A stretch of DNA of 32,000 bases from Candidatus Jordarchaeales archaeon (lineage in GTDB: Archaea; Asgardarchaeota; Jordiarchaeia; Jordiarchaeales; Freyrarchaeaceae). The translations under genes were made by a program, and so were the position numbers. This document shows, piece by piece, positions 1 to 8,298 of this stretch; within the stretch, counting starts at the first letter, position 1, and each line of letters begins with the position of its first letter. The notes beneath the pieces were generated by a model that saw only the letters and a program-made list of their open reading frames with translations, ran no database searches and had not been told where the DNA came from. Location: contig JAWCFL010000010.1 of the NCBI GenBank assembly GCA_038858525.1, positions 1-32,000 on the forward strand, read 5' to 3'.

Positions 1-269
1 GCTTTCTTCATGTACTCGAACACAGATTGCACATCTGGAGGAATACACCTTGGATGAATACCGATAGCGGGATGAACTCTGACAAATGATCCGCTAAGCC
101 TCAATGGCTCGGCTTCAATAATGTGCCTGAAATGATCTATTAACGTCGCCGGACTGGATGGAACAACAGGGTAGAATGCAACGGAAACAGCATCAGTTAA
201 CCCAGCGAAGCCTAATGTTTCGAAGTCCTCAAGTGACCTAAAAACAGAATGAACATGAGAATCGATCAT
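1..269 (-). CDS. TatD-family metal-dependent hydrolase/DNase, N-terminal part (runs off the window edge)
   Basis: Not in the ORF track; translated by hand from ATG at 269: MIDSHVHSVFRSLEDFETLGFAGLTDAVSVAFYP...AIGIHPRCIP. DxHxH and GIHP are TatD-family motifs. GGAGGT RBS upstream. Confidence 0.85.
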   Translation of the reverse strand, partial: MIDSHVHSVFRSLEDFETLGFAGLTDAVSVAFYPVVPSSPATLIDHFRHIIEAEPLRLSGSFVRVHPAIGIHPRCIPPDVQSVFEYMKK

Positions 270-470
270 AAACACCAAAATGGTTACCTCCCTGAAAAGA
301 AAGAAGAAAGAGAGAAGATTTAAAGATAAAGCTCCAGTTGTTAATTGGAAGCGTATGACAAATCATGATTTTTAATTCGACGTTTATCGTAAACCGTCAT
401 TTTTCGAACAAAAATATTTAAAAGTCATAGCAGCGCCCTCAAGAAGCTGAAAAAAATTGGAGGGTAATGA

Positions 471-815
471 ATGAAGCTGGGTGGCATAATTGTCCTTATA
501 GGCGGTCTGCTGGGACTGATAACACCCTTGCTAGGAGCGCAGATGATGGCGCAACTAACAGGTGGCGCCGGCGCGATGGGCTTGGTTCTCTTGATCATCG
601 GCTTGCTAGTGTTAATCTTCGGCATCATGATGACCATGGGGAAAATGGTCAAGATCAACACTATTTTAGCTCTAATTCTAGGGATCATTGAGCTACTGCT
701 AGCAGTAGTACTGATGTCATCGCTAAGCTTTGCAGTTCTAGCAGTTCTCGGCGGTCTCCTCGCCATAATAGGGGCAGCGGTTGCAATTCTAATGGAAGGT
801 GCTCTCGGAGCATAA
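471..815 (+). CDS. Small hydrophobic membrane protein, about 4 TM helices, function unknown
   Basis: 114 aa, almost entirely G/L/I/A/V/M, four hydrophobic stretches. GGAGGG RBS and a TATA-like TATTTAAA upstream, T-tract downstream. Confidence 0.75.
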   Translation: MKLGGIIVLIGGLLGLITPLLGAQMMAQLTGGAGAMGLVLLIIGLLVLIFGIMMTMGKMVKINTILALILGIIELLLAVVLMSSLSFAVLAVLGGLLAIIGAAVAILMEGALGA

Positions 816-840
816 AGGCGCTAAACGTCTTCTCATCGAA

Positions 841-860
841 TTTTTCTTTTTCTTATTTTT
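841..860 (+). terminator. Oligo-T archaeal terminator after the small membrane protein gene
   Basis: TTTTTCTTTTTCTTATTTTT 25 nt after the stop codon. Confidence 0.5.
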
Positions 861-935
861 GAAACTTAAAGCGTTAAGAGCCATGTTAAGAAATTTTAAT
901 TTGGGCTAAGATGAAACCCTTTCATAGGGATATAG

Positions 936-2183
936 ATGGTTGGTCCTCAACTTCCTCGCGAAATCTGCGTTTTATGTAAAGGTTCACGGCTTCTTTGTGG
1001 TAAGCCTAGGTGCCCCATACTTATGAAGATGCAATACCTTGTTCCGGTTAAGGATTCCGTGCTGAAGCAGGATATTTCGGGCTCTTCTCCACCTTCGTTT
1101 TTTGTAGGGCATTTCGGTTATCCCCGGGTATTTGTCGGTCCAATGTTGCCTCCGGTTGCCGGAGAAGACACGATTATTTTTGATAGGGTGGAGGAGTGGT
1201 TTGGAAAGAGCATTGAGGAGATTTTAGGTTATAGGAGCCTGCTTGTTAGGGGAATGATTAAGACGGACGTTAAGGGAAAATGGGAACGCATACTCTTGGA
1301 TGCACAGGAAGCTGCGATGAGTTTCAAGCCGGTCGACATGGAGGTTCTCTTAGAGAGAAAGCCGCGTTTCAGGGTGGAGTTCGACAGCCACTCGCAGCCT
1401 ATGGGTCCTTCGGCGCCTTTAAAAAACCTTAAAGTTGTGGGGGAACTTGTTGTTCCGCGTAGTGTTAACAGAGTTGTAGGAGATACTGATCTTAAAGCTT
1501 CGGAGGGTGTAGTGCAACTTTACCTTGAGGGGATGCCTGTAAGTTATATTTCGCGGTTGTTTTCAGCTGCTCTGCTCGGAGTGGAGAGAGATAGGCGGCT
1601 TGTTCCAACCAGGTGGGCGATAACGGCGACTGATGACATTGTATCTCGAAAAATCCTTTCAAAAGTTAAGACTTACTCTGAGATAGACCAGATTCTTGTT
1701 TTTAAGGAGTCTTACCTCGACAACCACTTCGTAATACTTATGATTCCACATGCTTGGAGTTTTGAGCAGCTTGAGGCATGGTATCCTGGCACAGCTTGGC
1801 TCCTTAAAGGTAGGAGACCCATTGTAGTAGGGGACTATGAAGGATATAGAGGGCGAAAAGACTATGCTAGCAACGTCTCAGGTGCCTATTATGCTGCACG
1901 CTTAGCGGTGGCAGAATACCTTGATAGGATCAAAAGACAAGCACTTGTAATAGTGTTCCGTGAAGTTAGGCCAGGATACATTATGCCTCTGGGTGTTTGG
2001 GTTATAAGAGAAACAGTTAGATCAGCTTTAAATAGGGAGCCAAGGGTATTTGATGAAATAAGTGAAGCGCTAAAGTACGTGAAGGAAAATCTTAAGCTCG
2101 AGTGGGATTATTGGAGGACAAAAAGCAGGCTCTTAGAGTTATTATTGAAACAAAGGACGATTAAGGAGTTTCTTGGCTCCTGA
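936..2183 (+). CDS. nreA: Nre-family DNA repair protein (PCNA-interacting)
   Basis: N-terminal CVLCKGSRLLCGKPRCP Cys cluster, GSSPPSFFVGHFGYPRV, RRLVPTRWAITATDD, GAYYAARLAVAEYL and a C-terminal PIP-box QRTIKEFL, all typical of archaeal Nre. Confidence 0.92.
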   Translation: MVGPQLPREICVLCKGSRLLCGKPRCPILMKMQYLVPVKDSVLKQDISGSSPPSFFVGHFGYPRVFVGPMLPPVAGEDTIIFDRVEEWFGKSIEEILGYRSLLVRGMIKTDVKGKWERILLDAQEAAMSFKPVDMEVLLERKPRFRVEFDSHSQPMGPSAPLKNLKVVGELVVPRSVNRVVGDTDLKASEGVVQLYLEGMPVSYISRLFSAALLGVERDRRLVPTRWAITATDDIVSRKILSKVKTYSEIDQILVFKESYLDNHFVILMIPHAWSFEQLEAWYPGTAWLLKGRRPIVVGDYEGYRGRKDYASNVSGAYYAARLAVAEYLDRIKRQALVIVFREVRPGYIMPLGVWVIRETVRSALNREPRVFDEISEALKYVKENLKLEWDYWRTKSRLLELLLKQRTIKEFLGS

Positions 2184-3516
2184 GGCGATTAACGAGTCTT
2201 TCAACCTGCTCGACCGCTGTTCCTATGTAGTTCTTAGGGTTCAGCCATTCTTCGAGCTCTTCTTCAGTAACTAGGCTTCTTAGGGTTTCATGCTCAAGTA
2301 TTGCTTTCTTGAACGGGATTTTTTCCCTAGCACATTTTAGTGACAATTCTCTAAGAATCTCATGCGCTTCTTGCCTGCCCAATCCTTTCTTAACCAGGTT
2401 TAGCATAACGTTTTCACTCATCATGAGACCACCGGTAAGGTTTAAGTTTCTCGCTATGTTTTCATAGTTGAACTCCAGCCCCTTGAGTATCTGAACGATT
2501 TCAGAGAGAATATAGTCTAAGAGAATGAATGATTCCGGAAGAATAATCCTTTCAGCTGACGAGTTTGTGAGGTCGCGCTCGTGCTCTAGGAGGGCGGCGT
2601 TCTCTAGTGCTGGGAACACGTGAGACATTATAACTCTTGAAATGCCGCATACTCTCTCCGACCTGTGAGGGTTCCTCTTGTGACTCATAGTTGAGGAGCC
2701 AACTTGCTTGGCGCCAAACGGCTCAGAGACTTCCCCGATCTCCGTCCTCTGAAGATCCCTGATCTCCTTAGCTATTCTGTTAAGTGTCGCTGCTATAAGA
2801 GCGTTAAGGAAAATCAACTCAGCATAGTTATCACGTGGAACTATTTGATTGGCGATTTCAACCTCACCTATGCCCAGCTCCTCCATCACGAGCCTCTGAA
2901 CATCGAATCCCTCCCTGCCGAACCCAGCCATAGTGCCAACAGCCCCACTCATCTTCCCCACAATAACTCTCCTAGCGCACTCTCTTAGCCTCTCTAAGTG
3001 CCTGTTAACCTCACTAGCCCATATAGCGAACTTCATTCCATACGTGAATGGAAGAGCATGCTGACCATGAGTTCGCCCTACACAAACGGTCTCCTTGTGT
3101 TCCATCGCTAAGCCAAGCAGCACATCCTTTAACTCCCTAAGCCGCTTCTCAATTATTCTGGTGGCATCCTTTAGCATTAAAGCCCAAGCAGTGTCAACAA
3201 TGTCGTAGCTTGTTGCACCCAGATGCACATATTTTCCAGCATCTCCTTCGCAAACTTCGGATAGAGCTCTAACCATAGCCATAACGTCATGGTCAATCTT
3301 CTTTTCGATTTCCTTGACCCTCTCAAGTTTCACATATTTAACTGAAGCTTTACGAGAAATTTCCTCTGCAGCCTCTGAGGGTATCCGTCCTAATCTAGCA
3401 TGAGCTCTCGCGAGTGCAGCCTCAACATCTAGCCACCTCTGAAGTTTATTCTCTTCCGTGAACACCTTCTTCATTTCGTGCGTGTAATACCTATATTCGC
3501 ATGGATGAACACTCAA
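2161..3516 (-). CDS. purB: Adenylosuccinate lyase
   Basis: HLGATSYDIVD, GRTHGQHA, GSSTMSHKRNP fumarase/lyase signature, HERDLTNSSAER. TTG start. Convergent 23-nt overlap with nreA. Confidence 0.96.
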   Translation of the reverse strand: MSVHPCEYRYYTHEMKKVFTEENKLQRWLDVEAALARAHARLGRIPSEAAEEISRKASVKYVKLERVKEIEKKIDHDVMAMVRALSEVCEGDAGKYVHLGATSYDIVDTAWALMLKDATRIIEKRLRELKDVLLGLAMEHKETVCVGRTHGQHALPFTYGMKFAIWASEVNRHLERLRECARRVIVGKMSGAVGTMAGFGREGFDVQRLVMEELGIGEVEIANQIVPRDNYAELIFLNALIAATLNRIAKEIRDLQRTEIGEVSEPFGAKQVGSSTMSHKRNPHRSERVCGISRVIMSHVFPALENAALLEHERDLTNSSAERIILPESFILLDYILSEIVQILKGLEFNYENIARNLNLTGGLMMSENVMLNLVKKGLGRQEAHEILRELSLKCAREKIPFKKAILEHETLRSLVTEEELEEWLNPKNYIGTAVEQVERLVNRLRSQETP

Positions 3517-3588
3517 CTAACACCACCAAGACACCCTCTTTATCCCCCCTGAGGGGAGGAGAGGAAGAAGCAGCTTAATCAGTTTCTC

Positions 3589-3610
3589 AAAGAAAAAGGA
3601 AAAATTAAAA
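3589..3610 (-). terminator. Oligo-T tract downstream of alba
   Basis: Minus strand TTTTAATTTTTCCTTTTTCTTT about 30 nt after the alba stop. Confidence 0.45.
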
Positions 3611-3639
3611 CTCGGCAAACTAAATGGGAGATACGATGT

Positions 3640-3915
3640 TCACTTCTTAGCCAGCACTATTTCGATCGTTGAGACGTTGATTGGGTTGCCAGCCTCTGTG
3701 TTTATTGTCTCAGTGCCTATTCTTATTTCCTTGGGGTAAACGTCGCTCATGAACCTGTTTCTGACAATCTCTGCCACGTCTACTGCTCTACTAATTGACC
3801 TTCCCCTAGCTTTTATGACAACTTCGTCCTTTCCATTGTGGAACAGGGTTATGCAAGCTAAAACATAGTTCATTACAGGTTTACTTCCCACGAATATGCT
3901 GTTTTCATCTGACAT
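3640..3915 (-). CDS. albA: Alba (Sac10b-family) chromatin/RNA-binding protein
   Basis: [52 protein letters not shown] 8 nt before ATG. Confidence 0.97.
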   Translation of the reverse strand: MSDENSIFVGSKPVMNYVLACITLFHNGKDEVVIKARGRSISRAVDVAEIVRNRFMSDVYPKEIRIGTETINTEAGNPINVSTIEIVLAKK

Positions 3916-3980
3916 TTTTATTTCCTCCTGTCTATGTTAGAGCCGCCAATGAATTCTTGGTCGTTGGATATAACTACGAC

Positions 3981-4000
3981 ATAAATAAAAAGTTTTCGGG
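3981..4000 (-). promoter_or_regulatory. BRE + TATA promoter of alba
   Basis: Minus strand CCCGAAAAC-TTTTTATTTAT, purine-rich BRE abutting a TATA box. Confidence 0.55.
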
Positions 4001-4127
4001 TTCAGTTAGATCATCAATAATGCCCTATCTCTTAGACAGCCCTTTAATCGTGTAAAAAATGGGAGATATATTTTTTATTGTGTATGGTTTTTAAGAAATC
4101 TGAAGTTGATTAACGAGGGAAAGGAAG

Positions 4128-6080
4128 ATGATCAGGGAGTTTTATGTGTTTCAGAGGTCAGGAAACCCGGTGTTCCATAAAAGTTATGGTGAAAAAAGGG
4201 TTGATGAAGCTCTTCTTTCAGGATTCCTTGCGGCCGTCTTCTCCTTTGCGAAGGAGATAGGGCATGGTGAAATACAAAGCATGGTGATGAAGGATACTGT
4301 CTTTGTATATGAGGTAGCGGGGGATCTCATATTTGCTGTTGCCGTAGACATAGATGACGATGAAAATGCAGCGAGAAGTTTTCTTTCTCAAGCTATTTCA
4401 CTTTTCTCTGATTTTTACAAGGGTAGAGAGGAACAAGCAATCGACTTTTTCGGCGAAATACTGGGGCCGTTAATTATCGAGTATAACTCTCGGCTTATGG
4501 TTAAGGAAGTTTTCTGCACCCCTTTCCTGATTTCAGACGAGGAGGAAAGCGAAGAAGTTTCTCTTGCCGTGGCTTTCTTAATGTTGGAAAAGATGAAAGG
4601 TCAGAGGATCGGTTTACTTAAGAGGAAGAGCGTGTATATCCGTTCTGTTGCTAAGATCCTTTGGCCATTCTGGATTGTTCCTGCGGAGGCAGGAAGTTGC
4701 TTGATAGTGGATGGCTTGTTTAGGGAGCCAATTACAATAAAGTGTTTTTCACCTCCGGATTTGAAGGAAGAGGATCTAATAAGTTCGAAAAGCGACCCCT
4801 TGAAAGCGATCGATAAAATCGCCCGGACTTTGAAGGAGAAGGGCACTTATGAGACTTTTTCGATACCTGGCCTAGTTGGGTACGAATATGTTCAAGAGTT
4901 GACTTCGTTTTTCTCTTATGCACGAACCTCTAAGGTTAAGGATGCGGCCATTTTAAGTCCTATCATTGGTGAGGCTGAAGTTAACGGTGTGAAGGAGAAG
5001 TTTCTAGAGGTACTTAAGGCCGTTAAAGAAAACGCTGAAAAATTGAAAATAATAAGTGAGAAGGTAGTTGAGACGGCGGAGACGCATATTAAGAGTTTAG
5101 AAGAAGAAAAATTAAGGATAGAAAACGAATACCTAGAGAAAATTGAGAAGCTTAAGCAGGAAATCAGTGAAGAAAAGAGGAAGGCTGAGAAGGAAAAGAG
5201 CCAGATAAGGAGGGAGATAGGAGAATGGGCTTGCCAAATGGCAGGAAGAGATGTTGAGAACGCAAAGGAGGGTATGATTTCTCTTTCATCCTTCATGACG
5301 AGCGTCATCAATTTCGTTTCTAGTTCGCTTAAAGCAAGTGAGGGAGAGGAGGACAAATTAGGCCTTTTGGAAGAGTTTGTTTCGTTATTAGAGAAGTTAA
5401 AGTCCGAAATGAAAAATGTAAGTGAGGACATAAGACGTGTCGAGAAAGCAGTGCGTTTAGTTATTAATGAAGCACAGAAAAAGTACCAAGTCGCTGAGCA
5501 ACAAATCGAGAAAAAAATTTTGAACATGGAAAAAAGGGTGGATGACGTTAAGAGAGAAATGGAGGTGCAACTTTCATCAATAAGTAGGGTTAAGGAGAAG
5601 TATCGTGAAAAATTGAAGGGTATTTATAGTTACTTGGAAAAACACTTAAAAAGCCATGAGGCAGATATAGCTACGCTAACTGGATCCATGACAAAAACAT
5701 TTAATTTTGAAGGGGCATGCGTCATTTACTTGGTTGCTTACATAGCTGAGTTAAACGAGAACGGAAACACACAAACGATGATAATACCACCTGTGAACCT
5801 CACCAAGAAGCTCGAGGAAAAAGTGAAAATGGATGATGTGGCAAGCAGGTTGATGATGAGCTTTTTGAAAAAGAGGTTTGAAGAGCATTTAAGGGAACGC
5901 TGGTTCGCCGAAGAAGTTAGGAGGATTCTTGATGAAATGAACCTTCTTAAGCAGAGGGAGCTAGAGCCAAAAATATATGATGGATTGAATTCCCTGCTTC
6001 AGAGAGAATTCATTACAAAGAAAGAGTTCTCCTTAATGAAAATGAGTATGATAGAGCTTTTCAGGGAGAAGCCTAAATAG
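4128..6080 (+). CDS. Longin-domain protein with long coiled coil (Asgard eukaryotic-signature type)
   Basis: Residues about 1-120 (MIREFYVFQRSGNPVFHKSY...DEALLSGFLAAVFSFAKEIGHGEIQSMVMKDTVFVY...LIFAVAVD) fit the longin pattern. About 285-510 is E/K-rich heptad coiled coil with globular segments on each side. No TM helix or signal peptide. Confidence 0.75.
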   Translation: MIREFYVFQRSGNPVFHKSYGEKRVDEALLSGFLAAVFSFAKEIGHGEIQSMVMKDTVFVYEVAGDLIFAVAVDIDDDENAARSFLSQAISLFSDFYKGREEQAIDFFGEILGPLIIEYNSRLMVKEVFCTPFLISDEEESEEVSLAVAFLMLEKMKGQRIGLLKRKSVYIRSVAKILWPFWIVPAEAGSCLIVDGLFREPITIKCFSPPDLKEEDLISSKSDPLKAIDKIARTLKEKGTYETFSIPGLVGYEYVQELTSFFSYARTSKVKDAAILSPIIGEAEVNGVKEKFLEVLKAVKENAEKLKIISEKVVETAETHIKSLEEEKLRIENEYLEKIEKLKQEISEEKRKAEKEKSQIRREIGEWACQMAGRDVENAKEGMISLSSFMTSVINFVSSSLKASEGEEDKLGLLEEFVSLLEKLKSEMKNVSEDIRRVEKAVRLVINEAQKKYQVAEQQIEKKILNMEKRVDDVKREMEVQLSSISRVKEKYREKLKGIYSYLEKHLKSHEADIATLTGSMTKTFNFEGACVIYLVAYIAELNENGNTQTMIIPPVNLTKKLEEKVKMDDVASRLMMSFLKKRFEEHLRERWFAEEVRRILDEMNLLKQRELEPKIYDGLNSLLQREFITKKEFSLMKMSMIELFREKPK

Positions 6081-6082
6081 CT

Positions 6083-7204
6083 TCATGCATTAATTTTTAT
6101 GATCTCGTATGTTGTTGTCCTTTGGGCGGGTATTCTACCGCAGTCTCTTATTATCCTTTCTATTTCGCTTGGGGGGAGGTATTCTCCACTAGTGGATCCC
6201 GCTATTCTTGATATGTTCTCTTCCATTAGGGTTCCACCGAAGTCGTTGGCGCCCACGTTTAAGCAGAACTGGGCAAACTTCACACCAAGCTTAACCCATG
6301 AAACCTGTATGTTCTTTATTAGGTCGCCTAGCATCAACCTAGAAACCGCGTGTACTTTAATGTCTTCCAGTCCAGTTGCTCCCGGCCTAGATAAACCTGT
6401 TTTGTACAAGTTTGTCTTCTCGTGGACGAAGCTTAGAGGAACGAACTCTGTGAATCCTCCTGTTGATCTTTGAATTCGCCTGAGAAGGTCTATGTGTATC
6501 GCTTTGTCTCTTTCGCTTTCAATGTGACCATACATCATTGTGCTTGAAGTAGGTATTCCAATCCTATGAGCGGATTTAATTATTCGCACCCATTCGGCAA
6601 CTTTAATTTTGCGAGGGCACACTACGCGCCTAACCCTATCAACGAGTATCTCGGCGGCTGTTCCCGGCATCGAGTTCAACCCATTTTCTTTAAACGCTTT
6701 AAGCACTTCTTCCACATTCATGCCGGAGTTGACTGAAGCGTGCTTCACCTCCATGGGGCTAAAGGCGTGAATATGTATGCTGGATGAAACTTCTCTAACG
6801 GCTCTCAAAATATCTAAATATGTTTCTAAGTCCGCGTCGGGATGCAAACCACCCTGTATGCAGACCTCCGTCGCGCCAAGCTTAACGGCTTCTAAAACCT
6901 TCTTTTTTAGAGTTTCTAGGGGAGTGACATATCCTTCAGGGGAGTTGGGTGGTCTGCTGAATGCACAAAAGAGACAGTCATTTATACAAATGTTGGTGAA
7001 GTTTATGTTCCTGTTAATGACATATGTTACAACGTCTCCCACTATACGGCGTCTTAGTTCGTCGGCGACGTGAATCAGGGCGAAGAGCTCTTCACCCGTA
7101 ACCTTAAAGAGAATTTCAGCTTCTTTAACTGTAATAAGATGGCCATCTAAGGCTCTATCAAGTATATAACTTACTTCGCCATCTATAACGTTTAGCAGGT
7201 TTAA
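6083..7204 (-). CDS. cofH: FO synthase subunit 2 (radical SAM)
   Basis: NRNINFTNICINDCLFCAF (CxxxCxxC), EVCIQGGLHP, MPGTAAEIL, NIQVSW, GANDFGGTLMEENIS. The ORF track starts at GTG 7042, but the frame stays open with CofH-like sequence (ILDRALDG...ADELRRRIVGD) up to the cofG stop. The start is therefore placed at 7204 and is non-canonical (see findings). Confidence 0.9.
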   Translation of the reverse strand, partial: LNLLNVIDGEVSYILDRALDGHLITVKEAEILFKVTGEELFALIHVADELRRRIVGDVVTYVINRNINFTNICINDCLFCAFSRPPNSPEGYVTPLETLKKKVLEAVKLGATEVCIQGGLHPDADLETYLDILRAVREVSSSIHIHAFSPMEVKHASVNSGMNVEEVLKAFKENGLNSMPGTAAEILVDRVRRVVCPRKIKVAEWVRIIKSAHRIGIPTSSTMMYGHIESERDKAIHIDLLRRIQRSTGGFTEFVPLSFVHEKTNLYKTGLSRPGATGLEDIKVHAVSRLMLGDLIKNIQVSWVKLGVKFAQFCLNVGANDFGGTLMEENISRIAGSTSGEYLPPSEIERIIRDCGRIPAQRTTTYEIIKINA

Positions 7205-8298
7205 GGGTATCGCCTCCTGAAACCTTCTTTATCAGAAAGCGAAGCAACAACTTCAGCTACGGTATCTGAAAGGAAACAACCTTTTTTAATATACTTTGGG
7301 TATACGGGAAGCCTCTCTCTTAAGGTTGCGCCTACGCTTGCAACCATTTTCTCGATGGTTTCAATGCTTGGCCATGGGTTAGATGGATTAATGTAGTCTG
7401 GAGTTATGGGAGATATTCCTCCTAAATCGTTAGCGCCCATTTTGATCAATGAGGTTATTTTTCCCGGGTTCAGGTTTGGTGGAATCTGCAGGCTGATATC
7501 TTCCTGAAGCGTGACTCTTGCTAAAGCTACAATTTTTGAGAAATAGTTGAAGTCAGGTGGGGGATGGAAGCTCATCGGAGTATCCTTCTTCGGGATAAAA
7601 TTTTGTATAATGACTTCTTGGATATGCCCGTATTTCTTGTGGAGAGAACGTATCGCTTTAAGGCTTGCAATAACCTCACCTATTGTTTCGCCTATTCCGA
7701 TCAGGAGACCTGTTGTGAATGGAACCTTCCACTTTCCAGCATAATCAATCGTTTTCAGTCTTAGTTTAGGTTGTTTTCCAGGACTGTGTTCGTGGGGGCC
7801 GCCTGCGCCACATAATCTTTTGCTTGCGTTTTCAAGCATTAAGCCCATACTAGCATTTACCTCTTTAAGAGCTTTAACTTCTTCTTCGGTAAGCACGCCC
7901 GGATTACTGTGAGGTAGGAGGCCTAATTTGAGGGCCTCTAAGCACATGTCATAGAGATACTCCACAATGGAGCTGTAACCCATTCTTTGAAGTTCTTGCC
8001 GTATTGAGGGGTAAGCTTCCTCGGGTTTCTCTCCAAAGGTGAACAGTGCCTCTGAACAACAGGCTTTTTTTCCCTGTAACAGTATAGATTTGACTTCTTC
8101 AGGACGGAGAAGCCGGGCGTCGCTATCCCAAGGTTCTTTTCTAAAACCGCAGTAAGCGCACTTATTTCTGCAGAGGTTTACAAGTGGAATGAAGACGTTT
8201 TTTGAAAAAGTTATAGTGTCGCCGAAAGACCTCCTTCTTATGCTGTCAGCCAGCTGACCGACGCACTCTAACTCCTTCCACTCGCATTTTTCCAGCAA
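7201..8298 (-). CDS. cofG: FO synthase subunit 1 (radical SAM)
   Basis: ITFSKNVFIPLVNLCRNKCAYCGF, EALFTFGEKPE, LLPHSNPG, NASMGLMLE, PFTTGLLIGIGE, QIPPNL, GANDLGGISP. TTG start with GGAGG 8 nt upstream. Confidence 0.94.
   Translation of the reverse strand: MLEKCEWKELECVGQLADSIRRRSFGDTITFSKNVFIPLVNLCRNKCAYCGFRKEPWDSDARLLRPEEVKSILLQGKKACCSEALFTFGEKPEEAYPSIRQELQRMGYSSIVEYLYDMCLEALKLGLLPHSNPGVLTEEEVKALKEVNASMGLMLENASKRLCGAGGPHEHSPGKQPKLRLKTIDYAGKWKVPFTTGLLIGIGETIGEVIASLKAIRSLHKKYGHIQEVIIQNFIPKKDTPMSFHPPPDFNYFSKIVALARVTLQEDISLQIPPNLNPGKITSLIKMGANDLGGISPITPDYINPSNPWPSIETIEKMVASVGATLRERLPVYPKYIKKGCFLSDTVAEVVASLSDKEGFRRRYP

Noticed and set aside
425-766. 113-aa antisense ORF and the 467-691 alternate-frame ORF
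   Set aside because: Both overlap the better-supported membrane protein gene, which has an RBS, promoter and terminator.
4916-5527. 203-aa hydrophobic antisense ORF
   Set aside because: It is the shadow of the E/K-rich coiled-coil codons on the opposite strand.
4128-6080. Longin R-SNARE (VAMP7/Sec22/Ykt6-like) interpretation
   Set aside because: No C-terminal TM helix or CAAX motif. The coiled coil is about 220 aa and internal, not a 60-70-aa SNARE motif next to an anchor.
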